Positions 1 through 9,302 are shown, counted from the first letter of the stretch. The stretch: 25,515 nt of DNA from a virus (IMGVR_UViG_2609459834_000009:1-25515); one strand, 5' to 3'. Translations and numbers: made by a program. The notes: generated by a model not told the origin, from the sequence alone.

Positions 1-1053
1 TTACGGGGTAATGCCAACCGCTGCCGCCACTTTGTCGCCACTTGGCAGCGTTGCCAGAGGATTGAAACGGAGCGCCGTTTCCAGATGATCCGGTGCCAGA
101 TGTGCGTAACGCATAGTCATTTTTATATCGTGGTGTCCGAGAATTTTTTGTAAGGCCAGAATGTTTCCACCCGACATCATGAAGTGCGCCGCAAACGTAT
201 GGCGCAGAACGTGTGTGAGTTGACCGCGAGGGAGCACGATAGACGTTTTTTCCATCACGGATAAAAATTGAAAATAGCAGTCTGTGAAGAAATTGAACCC
301 ATCAAGCGCCATGATCTCTTCGTAAAGCTCTTTACTGATAGGGATGCTTCTGTTTTTCTTCCCCTTCGTTCTGACAAAGGTAATTCGGTATTTGGTCACC
401 TGTGAGCGGGTAAGATTTACGGCTTCACGCCAGCGTGCGCCTGTGCTTAAGCATATCTTAACTACCAGTGCCAGAATTGGGTCCTGACGTTTGCAATCAG
501 CCAGCAATTCAACAATCTGCTCATGGGTAAGCCATGCCATCTCTTTTTCTGCGATGGTGAATTTTCGCATGTTCTCCAGTGGGTTCGGATACGACCATTC
601 GCCCAGACGGGATAGTTCGCTAAAAACACTACTTAGATAGCTTTGCTCCAGGTTAATGGTGACCGGGCTTGCTCCTTTCTTCCATTTCTCGCTGAAGTAG
701 ATCTCGCCTGTCAGGCGTTTATCTCGATAGTGGGCAAACATTTTAGAGGTGAGATCGGTTGCAAGAGGATTGCCCAGAGCGTCAACCATCAACAGCAATT
801 TGTCATAGACATGCTGCCCAGCTGTCAGAGATTTACCATGTAGTTTGAACCATAGCTCAACCACGTCTTTCAGTGTTCGACGATCCACTGATTCACCCAG
901 CCAGGGCTTTGCTTCGGTTTCTTCCATCGTGTGGCGCTCAAAAGCCAGTGCTTCGCCTTTGGTGACGAATTGTTTACGCACACGACGCCCACTTCGTCCG
1001 GCGGGGTAACATTCGCAAAGCCATTTCCCAGTGGTGAGTTTTCGTACTGCCAT
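1..1053 (-). CDS. int: Tyrosine-type site-specific integrase (P2/186 family)
   Basis: Translation has the tyrosine recombinase C-terminal catalytic region (ARWREA, HVLRHTFA, MRYAHL). ORF is open to 1209, but the N-terminus aligns with P2 Int from the Met at 1051-1053 (MAVRKLTTGKW); upstream extension judged untranslated. Stop at 1-3. Confidence 0.85.
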   Translation of the reverse strand: MAVRKLTTGKWLCECYPAGRSGRRVRKQFVTKGEALAFERHTMEETEAKPWLGESVDRRTLKDVVELWFKLHGKSLTAGQHVYDKLLLMVDALGNPLATDLTSKMFAHYRDKRLTGEIYFSEKWKKGASPVTINLEQSYLSSVFSELSRLGEWSYPNPLENMRKFTIAEKEMAWLTHEQIVELLADCKRQDPILALVVKICLSTGARWREAVNLTRSQVTKYRITFVRTKGKKNRSIPISKELYEEIMALDGFNFFTDCYFQFLSVMEKTSIVLPRGQLTHVLRHTFAAHFMMSGGNILALQKILGHHDIKMTMRYAHLAPDHLETALRFNPLATLPSGDKVAAAVGITP

Positions 1054-1241
1054 AAAAAATGCCCTCCAGTAGAGAGCATTTTCACTGTATGTATAACCAG
1101 TGTCAATGTATGAAATTCTACGACCATACATCTCACTGAAGCCATAATTAAGTTGGCTATTCTTTTTGCTATGTGAGCATGTAACTTTTGCGGTTAACCT
1201 GCGGCTCATTTTTATTTTAGACGCAGATATAAAAGCAAAAG

Positions 1242-1433
1242 TTATCGTGAGTTTTTAGTACAGATTTTTTTGGATTTACTAATAGTTCCATCATTGCAAA
1301 CGAATTTGCCATCTGAGGTACAGTGAGAAACACCTCCCTTTTTCCCTGAGCAGGGATAATTTCTAGCATAGGTAGTTAGTGGGTTTAATAACAAAGAACA
1401 TGACAAAACCACAAAAAATACCTTACCAAGCAT
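1242..1433 (-). CDS. Small secreted cysteine-rich protein (hypothetical; possible moron)
   Basis: 63-aa ORF with ATG start and strong GGAGG RBS 5 nt upstream; N-terminal hydrophobic signal-like segment ([16 protein letters not shown]), four Cys in the mature part; lies in an AT-rich stretch between repressor and integrase on the same strand. Confidence 0.5.
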   Translation of the reverse strand: MLGKVFFVVLSCSLLLNPLTTYARNYPCSGKKGGVSHCTSDGKFVCNDGTISKSKKICTKNSR

Positions 1434-1448
1434 AGTTTCCTCCCGGTA

Positions 1449-2105
1449 CTATTTAACATACTTGACTGTTAAACTTATAATTTTACCAATTATTTCAATG
1501 TCTTCTATCTTGCATTCGAAGGCTCTGTTTCCACCCTCGACGAAGATTCTTCCACCGGGTAAACGAGTAATGTCACGGATCGTTATTTCGCCATCAATAC
1601 TTATTACCCATTTACCATCACGTATATCATCAAATTCTTTATCACAAATAAATTCAGAATTGTTATCTGTGATGACAAAAGGTTTTTTAAACGTAGAGGG
1701 TAGAAATCCCTTATCAAAAATATAAAAACCGTCTTTCTGCAATGCTCCATCAGACAATAAATATTTTTCTACTTCTATAGTATTTGTATTTGCTGATGCT
1801 TGCTTTGAACCATGCCCTGTTGTTAGCCAATTAAGCGAGGTGCCCGTTTCAAGGGCGCACTGGATTACCCAATCTGCTGGAAAAATATCACGCATATAGC
1901 GCGTTGCCATGGTGCTCTTAGAAACACCTAAATGATCACATAGAGCCTGACGGGTACCGAACCCATATGCTTCAACTAAACGTTCTATGGCTTTCTTACC
2001 GCCGCTATTGAAATCCACAAGTCCTCCAAAGAAATCCAAAATTCGTTGACAGATTCCAAAAGCGATCTTAAAGTTGAACCAGAAGTGTTCTTTTGGAGCC
2101 TTCAC
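1449..2105 (-). CDS. cI: CI-type immunity repressor (helix-turn-helix)
   Basis: HTH-like segment (GTRQALCDHLGVSKSTMATRYMRD) near the N-terminus; divergent from the Apl/Cox-like gene; immediately upstream of int on the same strand as in P2/186. Start at 2105 is GTG; a shorter product from an internal start is possible. Confidence 0.7.
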   Translation of the reverse strand: MKAPKEHFWFNFKIAFGICQRILDFFGGLVDFNSGGKKAIERLVEAYGFGTRQALCDHLGVSKSTMATRYMRDIFPADWVIQCALETGTSLNWLTTGHGSKQASANTNTIEVEKYLLSDGALQKDGFYIFDKGFLPSTFKKPFVITDNNSEFICDKEFDDIRDGKWVISIDGEITIRDITRLPGGRIFVEGGNRAFECKIEDIEIIGKIISLTVKYVK

Positions 2106-2163
2106 TACTAATCACGACAAACAACGGCTCGCCACAAGCCATATCTAGAAGGAATGTTGCCTT
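2106..2163. promoter_or_regulatory. Lysis-lysogeny switch region between repressor and Apl/Cox-like gene (promoters/operators expected)
   Basis: 58-bp intergenic region between divergently oriented repressor and early regulator genes; by analogy with P2/186 switch architecture. No specific operator mapped. Confidence 0.35.
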
Positions 2164-2367
2164 ATGACACCTAACATTTCAATTACTCTGAATACACCAC
2201 ATGTCACAATCGAACGTTATAGCGAACTGACTGGCCTTTCTATTGATACGATTAACGACATGTTGGCTGATGGCCGACTACCTCGTCATCGTCTTCGTAA
2301 AGACAAAAAACGTGAAAAGGTAATGATTAACCTGGCTGCTCTGACTGTTGATGCTTTGTCTGCTTAA
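2164..2367 (+). CDS. Apl/Cox-like small DNA-binding regulator/excisionase
   Basis: 67-aa ORF with ATG start, first gene of the rightward early operon, divergent from repressor; HTH-like segment ([22 protein letters not shown]). Confidence 0.6.
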   Translation: MTPNISITLNTPHVTIERYSELTGLSIDTINDMLADGRLPRHRLRKDKKREKVMINLAALTVDALSA

Positions 2368-2431
2368 TAGACGTCTATTTTCGCAATAAGACGCTGAGTT
2401 CGATTTTGCGATAAGTTCGGAGTTGAAAACC

Positions 2432-2941
2432 ATGTTTGATTACCAAGTTTCCAAACATCCACATTTTGATGAAGCCTGTCGTGCATTCGCACTGCGCCAC
2501 AATCTGGTGCAACTGGCAGAACGTGCGGGCATGAATGTGCAGATTCTGCGGAACAAGCTGAACCCAGCTCAACCTCATTTATTAACCGCACCAGAAATCT
2601 GGCTGCTTACCGATCTGACTGAAGATTCAACGTTGGTAGATGGTTTTCTGGCACAGATTCATTGTCTGCCATGTGTACCGATTAATGAGGTAGCAAAAGA
2701 GAAACTGCCGCATTACGTCATGAGCGCAACTGCAGAGATCGGGCGTGTTGCAGCAGGTGCGGTATCTGGTGATGTAAAAACTAGTGCCGGTCGTCGTGAT
2801 GCTATCAGCAGCATTAACTCTGTAACACGACTGATGGCGCTGGCTGCTGTTTCATTGCAGGCCCGTTTACAGGCTAATCCTGCGATGGCGAGTGCAGTTG
2901 ATACCGTGACTGGCCTCGGTGCTTCATTCGGTTTGCTGTGA
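2432..2941 (+). CDS. cII: CII-like lysogeny establishment regulator (phage 186 CII family)
   Basis: 169-aa product beginning [23 protein letters not shown], which I recall as closely resembling 186 CII; GGAG RBS 9 nt upstream of the ATG at 2432 (track start 2423 is TTG). Confidence 0.75.
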   Translation: MFDYQVSKHPHFDEACRAFALRHNLVQLAERAGMNVQILRNKLNPAQPHLLTAPEIWLLTDLTEDSTLVDGFLAQIHCLPCVPINEVAKEKLPHYVMSATAEIGRVAAGAVSGDVKTSAGRRDAISSINSVTRLMALAAVSLQARLQANPAMASAVDTVTGLGASFGLL

Positions 2942-2948
2942 GGTGCTT

Positions 2949-3245
2949 ATGCTGACGAAAGAACCATCATTTGCATCGCTGCTGGTAAAACAAAGCCCGG
3001 CAATGCACTACGGTCACGGCTGGATCACGGGTGAGGATGGAAAACGCTGGCATCCATGTCATTCACAAGATGAATTGCTGTCTGAATTGACCACGAGGAA
3101 ACGGAGAAAGTCCAAATGTATGCGGCAGAAAGTGAAGTGGTTTATCAGTTTCGTTACAGAGGGGAGAGTTATTCAGTACCTGAAGATGATTTGCTCTGTT
3201 GCTATCCGTCATTGTCGGGCGATGGCAGTTACTTTTTCACGTTAA
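2949..3245 (+). CDS. Hypothetical early protein (fil-position ORF); 3' portion doubtful
   Basis: ATG at 2949 with GAGGTG RBS. N-terminal 55 aa look protein-like; the C-terminal part overlaps the next ORF in another frame and looks like read-through. Confidence 0.3.
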   Translation: MLTKEPSFASLLVKQSPAMHYGHGWITGEDGKRWHPCHSQDELLSELTTRKRRKSKCMRQKVKWFISFVTEGRVIQYLKMICSVAIRHCRAMAVTFSR

Positions 3246-3340
3246 AGGATGGGACGTTTTTACGGGGAGAGCAGGTTAAAGAGATGATACGAAAAAATAT
3301 ATCTCCTCTTGAGCGTTACCGTAAGAACAAAGAGCGATAG
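3116..3340 (+). CDS. Hypothetical early protein
   Basis: 74-aa ORF with GGAG 9 nt upstream; composition looks like genuine coding sequence; overlaps previous ORF in a different frame. Confidence 0.4.
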   Translation: MYAAESEVVYQFRYRGESYSVPEDDLLCCYPSLSGDGSYFFTLKDGTFLRGEQVKEMIRKNISPLERYRKNKER

Positions 3341-3362
3341 CTGCGTTTGGGGGATATGAAGT

Positions 3363-3704
3363 ATGGCAATTAATGGCGCTGCAGCAACTGTTCCATTAAG
3401 CCCCGGTGAACGCCTGAATGGACTTAATCACATTGCAGAGTTAAGGGCGAAAGTATTTGGCCTGAATATTGAGTCAGAGCTTGAGCGGTTTATTAAAGAT
3501 ATACGTGATCCACGGGATGTTAATTATGAACGAAATAAACGGGCACTGGCTGCTATATTCTTTATAGCAAAAATTCCAGCTGAACGTCATAGCATCAGCA
3601 TTAATGAACTGACCACTGACGAAAAGCGGGAGTTGATTAAAGTAATGAATCATCTTCGTGCAGTGGTGAGCTTATTTCCCAGACGGCTAGCCATGCCGAA
3701 TTAA
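3363..3704 (+). CDS. Hypothetical early protein
   Basis: 113-aa ORF, ATG with G-rich RBS, same strand in early operon. Confidence 0.55.
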   Translation: MAINGAAATVPLSPGERLNGLNHIAELRAKVFGLNIESELERFIKDIRDPRDVNYERNKRALAAIFFIAKIPAERHSISINELTTDEKRELIKVMNHLRAVVSLFPRRLAMPN

Positions 3705-3771
3705 CCAATTAATGAAATTCATGGCGTAAACCCGCCGGGCATTCCTTTATCTAAATTCAGGAGAATTGATT

Positions 3772-4005
3772 ATGCGTAATATTGAAACCCTCTCGACTAA
3801 AACCGGACCGGATGACGCAGGACTTAATATTTTACTGACAGAGGCTCGTCTGGAAGAACGTCGGGCAAGGGCTGAGGCAATGGCTGCCCGCCTTGATAGC
3901 CTTGCGTGTCATATTACATCCCGCCAGCTAAACCACGTCGAAGCAGCAGAACTGCTGCGTGTGACCGCTGAAGCAATCCAGAACGAAGCGCAGGAGGTCC
4001 ACTAA
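3772..4005 (+). CDS. Hypothetical early protein
   Basis: AGGAGA RBS 7 nt upstream of ATG at 3772 (track start 3766 is TTG); stop overlaps next start (TAATG). Confidence 0.6.
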   Translation: MRNIETLSTKTGPDDAGLNILLTEARLEERRARAEAMAARLDSLACHITSRQLNHVEAAELLRVTAEAIQNEAQEVH

Positions 4006-4232
4006 TGGCTGATGCAATGGATCTCGTACAGCAGCGCGTTGAAGAAGAACGCCAGCGCCATATCCGTGCAGCCCGTGCCAAATCACCGGGCGTGTCACGC
4101 GTACTTTGCATTGAATGTGAAGCGCCAATTCCGCCAGCACGACGCCGCGCCATTCCGGGAGTGCAGCTTTGCATTACCTGTCAGGAAATCGCAGAACTGA
4201 AAGGCAAACATTACAACGGAGGTGCTGTATGA
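4005..4232 (+). CDS. TraR/DksA-family C4 zinc-finger protein
   Basis: Cys-x2-Cys ... Cys-x2-Cys pattern (CIECEAPIP...CITCQ) in a 75-aa protein; AGGAGG RBS; translationally coupled to flanking genes. Confidence 0.75.
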   Translation: MADAMDLVQQRVEEERQRHIRAARAKSPGVSRVLCIECEAPIPPARRRAIPGVQLCITCQEIAELKGKHYNGGAV

Positions 4233-5086
4233 GCACCATCCTGAAATGGGCGGGAAATAAAACCGCCATTATGCCAGAACTGAAAAAATACCTTCCTGCT
4301 GGCCCGCGACTGGTTGAACCTTTCGCGGGTTCCTGTGCTGTGATGATGGAAACGGATTATCCCAGCTATCTGGTTGCGGATATTAATCCTGATTTAATCA
4401 ACCTCTATAAAAAGGTTGCCGCTGATTGTGAATCGTTTATATCTCGCGCCAGAGTTTTATTTGAGATCGCAAACAGGGAGGTGGCTTATTACAACATAAG
4501 GCAGGAGTTTAACTGCTCAACTGAAATTACTGATTTCATGAAAGCGGTATATTTCCTGTATCTTAATCGTCACGGTTACCGTGGTTTATGTCGCTATAAC
4601 AAGAGCGGGCATTTCAACATCCCCTACGGTAATTATAAAAATCCGTATTTCCCTGAAAAAGAACTTCGCACATTTGCAGAAAAAGCCCAGCGAGCAACGT
4701 TTATCTGCGCCAGCTTTGATGAAACGCTGGCGATGTTGAAGGCGGGAGATGTGGTGTATTGCGATCCGCCGTATGACGGTACGTTTTCCGGCTATCACAC
4801 TGATGGTTTCACTGAAGATGACCAGTATCACCTGGCATCCGTTCTTGAACATCGGTCATCAGAAGGACATCCAGTCATTGTTTCTAACAGTGACACATCC
4901 CTGATCCGTTCGCTGTATCGCAATTTTACTCACCACTATATCAAGGTAAAACGCAGCATCGGTGTGGCAGCTGGCGAGGGTAAATCAGCAACAGAAATCA
5001 TTGCTGTTTCCGGGCCGCGCTGCTGGATGGGATTTGATTATTCGCGTGGCGTGGATAGTTCTGCCGTGTACGGAGTACGTGCATGA
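4229..5086 (+). CDS. dam: N6-adenine DNA methyltransferase (Dam-like, D12 class)
   Basis: DPPY catalytic motif and N-terminal AdoMet-binding region ([17 protein letters not shown]); ATG at 4229 with GGAGG RBS; ORF-track start 4169 rejected. Confidence 0.85.
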   Translation: MSTILKWAGNKTAIMPELKKYLPAGPRLVEPFAGSCAVMMETDYPSYLVADINPDLINLYKKVAADCESFISRARVLFEIANREVAYYNIRQEFNCSTEITDFMKAVYFLYLNRHGYRGLCRYNKSGHFNIPYGNYKNPYFPEKELRTFAEKAQRATFICASFDETLAMLKAGDVVYCDPPYDGTFSGYHTDGFTEDDQYHLASVLEHRSSEGHPVIVSNSDTSLIRSLYRNFTHHYIKVKRSIGVAAGEGKSATEIIAVSGPRCWMGFDYSRGVDSSAVYGVRA

Positions 5087-7497
5087 GTCATGCCGATATG
5101 AACAACTGCTGCGGCTTTAACGAGGCTGCCGCAGCATTCTCATGGAACAGCCCGAAAAAGGCCATTAACCCTTATCTGGACCCGGCGGAAGTTGCGCCGG
5201 TTTCTACGCTTTCAAACCTGATCACTCTGTACGCTGCCGATAACGAGCAGGAACAGTTGCGCCGCGAGGCACTGAGTGATCAGGTCTGGGAGCGTTATTT
5301 CTTTAATGAATCACGTGATCCTGTCCAGCGCGAAATGGAGCAGGATAAGCTCATTAGCCGGGCAAAGCTGGCGCATGAGCAGCAGCGTTTTAATTCAGAC
5401 ATGGTCATTCTGGCGGACGTCAACGCCCAGCCTTCCCATATCAGCAAGCCGCTGATGCAACGTATTGAATACTTCAGCAGCCTGGGCAGGCCAAAGGCTT
5501 ATTCCCGCTATTTACGTGAGACGATTAAGCCATGTCTGGAACGACTGGAGCATGTACGCGACAGTCAGCTATCTGCATCTTTTCGCTTTATGGCAAGCCA
5601 TGAAGGGCTGGACGGCCTGCTGATCCTGCCTGAAATGAGTCAGGATCAGGTGAAACGCCTGTCCACCCTGGTAGCTGCGCATATGAGTATGTGCCTTGAT
5701 GCAGCTTGTGGTGATTTGTATGCCACCGATGACGTTAAGCCAGAAGAAATCCGCAAGACATGGGAAAAGGTGGCAGCGGAAACCCTGCGTCTGGATGTCA
5801 TCCCACCTGCGTTTGAGCAACTCCGTCGGAAAAGAAACCGCCGTAAACCCGTGCCCTATGAACTCATTCCGGGTTCGCTGGCGCGTATGTTGTGCGCCGA
5901 CTGGTGGTACCGGAAATTATGGAAGATGCGTTGCGAATGGCGGGAAGAGCAGTTGCGCGCTGTTTGCCTGGTCAGCAAAAAAGCATCTCCTTATGTCAGC
6001 TATGAAGCCGTGATGCATAAACGTGAGCAGCGCCGTAAGTCGCTGGAGTTTTTCCGTTCTCATGAACTGGTGAACGAAGACGGCGACACGCTGGACATGG
6101 AGGATGTGGTAAACGCCAGCAGCAGCAACCCTGCGCATCGCCGCAATGAGATGATGGCCTGTGTTAAAGGTCTGGAGCTTATCGCGGAAATGCGCGGTGA
6201 CTGCGCCGTTTTCTACACTATCACCTGTCCGTCGCGTTTCCATTCCACGCTAAATAACGGCAGACCAAACCCGACCTGGACAAACGCGACGGTAAGACAA
6301 AGCAGCGATTATCTGGTCGGCATGTTTGCTGCATTTCGTAAGGCGATGCACAAAGCCGGGTTGCGCTGGTATGGCGTGCGGGTGGCTGAGCCGCATCATG
6401 ATGGCACAGTTCACTGGCACCTGTTGTGTTTCATGCGCAAAAAAGACCGCCGTGCCATCACTGCATTACTGCGTAAGTTTGCCATCCGTGAAGACCGCGA
6501 GGAGCTGGGCAATAACACTGGGCCGCGCTTTAAGTCTGAGTTGATTAACCCGCGCAAAGGAACGCCGACAAGCTACATCGCGAAATATATCAGTAAGAAC
6601 ATTGACGGTCGTGGTCTGGCTGGCGAGATCAGCAAGGAAACGGGTAAATCTCTGCGTGATAACGCTGAATACGTGAATGCCTGGGCGTCTCTGCATCGTG
6701 TTCAGCAATTCCGCTTCTTTGGTATTCCGGGGCGTCAGGCTTACCGTGAACTTCGCTTGCTGGCTGGTCAGGCGGCAAGGCAACAGGGTGACAAAAAAGC
6801 AGGTGCGCCGGTACTGGATAACCCGCGTCTTGATGCCATTCTGGCTGCTGCTGATGCTGGTTGTTTTGCCACCTACATCATGAAGCAGAGCGGCGTACTG
6901 GTTCCCCGTAAATATCACCTCATCAGAACCGCTTATGAAATCAACGAAGAGCCGACCGCCTATGGCGATCACGGCATTCGTATTTATGGCATCTGGTCAC
7001 CCATTGCAGAGGGCAAGATCTGCACTCATGCAGTGAAGTGGAAAATGGTTCGTAAAGCCGTTGACGTTCAGGAGGCGGCAGCCGACCAGGGCGCTTGCGC
7101 CCCTTGGACTCGTGGCAATAACTGTCCCCTTGCTGAAAATTTGAACCAACAAGGGAAAGACAAATCAGCTGATGGGGATACCAGGACGGACATTACCCGC
7201 ATGGATGACAAGGAGTTGCACGATTACCTGCACAGTATGAGCAAAAAAGAGCGCCGGGAACTGGCTGCAAGGTTACGCCTGGTGAAGCCGAAACGGCGTA
7301 AAGACTACAAACAGCGAATTACAGACCATCAGCGACAGCAGCTCGTCTATGAACTGAAGTCCAGAGGATTTGATGGCAGCGAGAAAGAGGTCGATTTACT
7401 CCTTCGCGGCGGCAGTATTCCGTCAGGAGCAGGCCTGCGTATCTTCTATCGGAACCAGCGTTTGCAGGAAGATGATAAGTGGCGAAACCTGTATTAA
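5083..7497 (+). CDS. A: Replication initiation endonuclease (P2 gene A family, rolling-circle)
   Basis: 804-aa product with HUH-like motif (HWHLLCF) and YIAKYISKN active-site tyrosine region; ATGA overlap with dam stop. Confidence 0.85.
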   Translation: MSHADMNNCCGFNEAAAAFSWNSPKKAINPYLDPAEVAPVSTLSNLITLYAADNEQEQLRREALSDQVWERYFFNESRDPVQREMEQDKLISRAKLAHEQQRFNSDMVILADVNAQPSHISKPLMQRIEYFSSLGRPKAYSRYLRETIKPCLERLEHVRDSQLSASFRFMASHEGLDGLLILPEMSQDQVKRLSTLVAAHMSMCLDAACGDLYATDDVKPEEIRKTWEKVAAETLRLDVIPPAFEQLRRKRNRRKPVPYELIPGSLARMLCADWWYRKLWKMRCEWREEQLRAVCLVSKKASPYVSYEAVMHKREQRRKSLEFFRSHELVNEDGDTLDMEDVVNASSSNPAHRRNEMMACVKGLELIAEMRGDCAVFYTITCPSRFHSTLNNGRPNPTWTNATVRQSSDYLVGMFAAFRKAMHKAGLRWYGVRVAEPHHDGTVHWHLLCFMRKKDRRAITALLRKFAIREDREELGNNTGPRFKSELINPRKGTPTSYIAKYISKNIDGRGLAGEISKETGKSLRDNAEYVNAWASLHRVQQFRFFGIPGRQAYRELRLLAGQAARQQGDKKAGAPVLDNPRLDAILAAADAGCFATYIMKQSGVLVPRKYHLIRTAYEINEEPTAYGDHGIRIYGIWSPIAEGKICTHAVKWKMVRKAVDVQEAAADQGACAPWTRGNNCPLAENLNQQGKDKSADGDTRTDITRMDDKELHDYLHSMSKKERRELAARLRLVKPKRRKDYKQRITDHQRQQLVYELKSRGFDGSEKEVDLLLRGGSIPSGAGLRIFYRNQRLQEDDKWRNLY

Positions 7498-7589
7498 TTA
7501 CGCGGGTTAACAATTCGTGCTCTTAATAATACCAGGCATATCAGGCTGATGAACGTAAAAAAACGTTTTACATCAGTAAGATTATTATA

Positions 7590-7609
7590 TACTGTAAATA
7601 TAAACAGTG
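7590..7609. promoter_or_regulatory. LexA (SOS) box, CTGT-N8-ACAG
   Basis: tACTGTaaatataaACAGtg, a near-consensus SOS box, about 45 bp upstream of the ORF at 7651 and overlapping AT-rich promoter-like sequence. Confidence 0.65.
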
Positions 7610-7650
7610 GTTATACATACAGTATTGCTTGTGGTGTCATAGGAGGAAAG

Positions 7651-7839
7651 ATGCAGGACTATTTTTTGGAGTCTTTGAAGCTCCAGCGCATTGATTTTTT
7701 TCTTAAGCTTGTAGCGGCTAGTGAGTGTAGTGATGAAGAGAAGGGGCTGGCTTTGCAGTGGGTTTCTGAACTGACAGATGAACTCATGGCAAAAATCAGA
7801 ACCCACGAATACAACCGCTCAATGGATGTCATCAGCTGA
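7651..7839 (+). CDS. Small SOS-regulated hypothetical protein (first gene of tum-like module)
   Basis: 62-aa ORF, ATG at 7651 with AGGAGG RBS; ORF-track start 7549 rejected because it would read through the LexA box. Confidence 0.5.
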   Translation: MQDYFLESLKLQRIDFFLKLVAASECSDEEKGLALQWVSELTDELMAKIRTHEYNRSMDVIS

Positions 7840-7849
7840 GGTGACTTTT

Positions 7850-8083
7850 ATGCGCATTGAAATAATGATCGATAAAGAGCAGAAGATTAGCCAGTCTACC
7901 CTGGACGCCCTTGAATCCGAGCTTTACCGCAATCTGCGCCCTATGTATCCCAAAACGGTAATTCGTATCCGCAAAGGTAGCTCTAACGGTGTAGAACTTA
8001 CCGGATTGCAACTGGACGAAGAAAGAAAACAAGTGATGAAAATTATGCAGAAGGTGTGGGAAGACGACAGCTGGCTGCATTAA
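7850..8083 (+). CDS. DinI-family protein
   Basis: 77-aa product MRIEIMIDKEQ...VWEDDSWLH with the DinI N- and C-terminal signatures (MRIE..., WE.D.W); GAGGTG RBS. Confidence 0.75.
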   Translation: MRIEIMIDKEQKISQSTLDALESELYRNLRPMYPKTVIRIRKGSSNGVELTGLQLDEERKQVMKIMQKVWEDDSWLH

Positions 8084-8218
8084 GAAACGTTGCTGGCGTC
8101 TGAACTTGTTTCTGGCGTCAGCAAGGTTGAACAACGAGCCCTTGCGAGGCGTTAGCTCTGTAGTGCATGTCTATGCCGCATGAGATCGCATGATCGTTTG
8201 AGGATCGTTTTTGCTAAG

Positions 8219-8242
8219 GCCCGCCAGAACTGGCGGGCTTTT
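8219..8242 (+). terminator. Rho-independent terminator after the SOS module
   Basis: GCCCGCCA-gaac-TGGCGGGC hairpin followed by TTTT. Confidence 0.6.
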
Positions 8243-8287
8243 GCGTAGATCATGCAGGTGCATGAAAACCACTACATAAAGCGGGCA

Positions 8288-8306
8288 GGCGTGGCGGGGA
8301 TACGAG
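8288..8306. other. cos-like motif (possible cohesive-end site)
   Basis: GGCGTGGCGGGGA resembles what I recall of P2/186 cohesive-end sequences; recollection-based and unverified. Confidence 0.3.
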
Positions 8307-8378
8307 CGCGCGCCATGTGGTATGGAGATTGGATCTATTCATAACTTGATGTATAAAGTAGAAAAAAGCGGGGAGATT

Positions 8379-9302
8379 ATGAATAAAAAATTTACCGATG
8401 AGCAGCAACAACAGCTTATAGGACATCTCACAAAGAAAGGCTTCTATCGAGGAGCTAATATTAAAATAACCATTTTTCTATGTGGTGGTGACGTTGCTAA
8501 TCATCAATCTTGGCGTCATCAATTATCACAATTTTTAGCAAAGTTCAGTGATGTTGATATATTTTATCCAGAAGATCTATTTGATGATCTTTTGGCTGGT
8601 CAAGGGCAGCATAGCCTTTTAAGTTTAGAAAATATTCTGGCTGAAGCTGTCGATGTAATAATTTTATTTCCTGAAAGTCCGGGGTCTTTCACAGAGCTTG
8701 GTGCGTTCTCTAATAATGAAAACTTAAGGAGAAAGTTGATTTGCATTCAAGATGCAAAATTTAAATCAAAACGTAGCTTTATTAACTATGGTCCTGTTCG
8801 CCTGTTGCGTAAGTTTAATTCAAAATCTGTTTTGCGTTGTAGTTCAAATGAACTAAAAGAAATGTGTGATTCATCTATTGATGTTGCCAGAAAATTACGA
8901 TTATATAAAAAATTAATGGCATCTATTAAGCAGGTTAGGAAAGAAAATAAAGTATCAAAAGATATTGGAAATATATTATACGCAGAGCGGTTTCTATTGC
9001 CTTGTATCTATTTACTGGATAGTGTCAACTACCGCACACTGTGTGAACTAGCTTTTAAAGCGATAAAGCAAGATGATGTTTTATCTAAAATTATTGTTAG
9101 ATCCGTTGTTTCTCGTCTAATAAATGAACGAAAAATACTTCAAATGACTGATGGTTATCAGGTCACTGCTTTGGGGGCTAGCTATGTTAGGAGCGTCTTT
9201 GATAGAAAGACACTTGACCGATTGCGGCTTGAGATTATGAATTTTGAAAACCGTAGAAAATCAACATTTAACTATGATAAGATTCCGTATGCGCACCCTT
9301 AG
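8379..9302 (+). CDS. Retron effector protein (putative nucleoside 2-deoxyribosyltransferase-like N-domain plus C-terminal domain)
   Basis: 308-aa ORF in AT-rich DNA immediately upstream of msr-msd; its stop codon (TAG 9300-9302) lies inside the a1 repeat. Start ambiguous (ATG at 8322, 8349 or 8379). Confidence 0.7.
   Translation: MNKKFTDEQQQQLIGHLTKKGFYRGANIKITIFLCGGDVANHQSWRHQLSQFLAKFSDVDIFYPEDLFDDLLAGQGQHSLLSLENILAEAVDVIILFPESPGSFTELGAFSNNENLRRKLICIQDAKFKSKRSFINYGPVRLLRKFNSKSVLRCSSNELKEMCDSSIDVARKLRLYKKLMASIKQVRKENKVSKDIGNILYAERFLLPCIYLLDSVNYRTLCELAFKAIKQDDVLSKIIVRSVVSRLINERKILQMTDGYQVTALGASYVRSVFDRKTLDRLRLEIMNFENRRKSTFNYDKIPYAHP

Noticed and set aside
1054-1209. N-terminal 52-codon extension of the integrase ORF (track ORF 1..1209)
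   Set aside because: The integrase N-terminus aligns from the Met at 1051-1053; the extension lacks an RBS context and is probably untranslated 5' sequence.
4229-5086. Possibility that the Dam methylase is part of the retron (as described for retron Ec67)
   Set aside because: It lies 3.3 kb upstream of the retron inside the phage early operon, translationally coupled to the replication gene and separated from the retron by the SOS module and a terminator.
5569-6972. Several ORFs (83-168 aa) on both strands within the replication gene A
   Set aside because: All lie inside or antisense to the 804-aa A ORF, which has clear catalytic motifs; no independent support.
7549-7650. Upstream extension of the small SOS ORF (track ORF 7549..7839, MNVKKRF...)
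   Set aside because: It would translate through the LexA box and promoter; the ATG at 7651 has a good AGGAGG RBS, so the shorter ORF is preferred.
8322-8378. Longer effector start at 8322 (MEIGSIH...) or 8349
   Set aside because: Weak or distant RBS for both; 8379 has GGGAG immediately upstream (spacing short but present). Ambiguity retained in the feature evidence.
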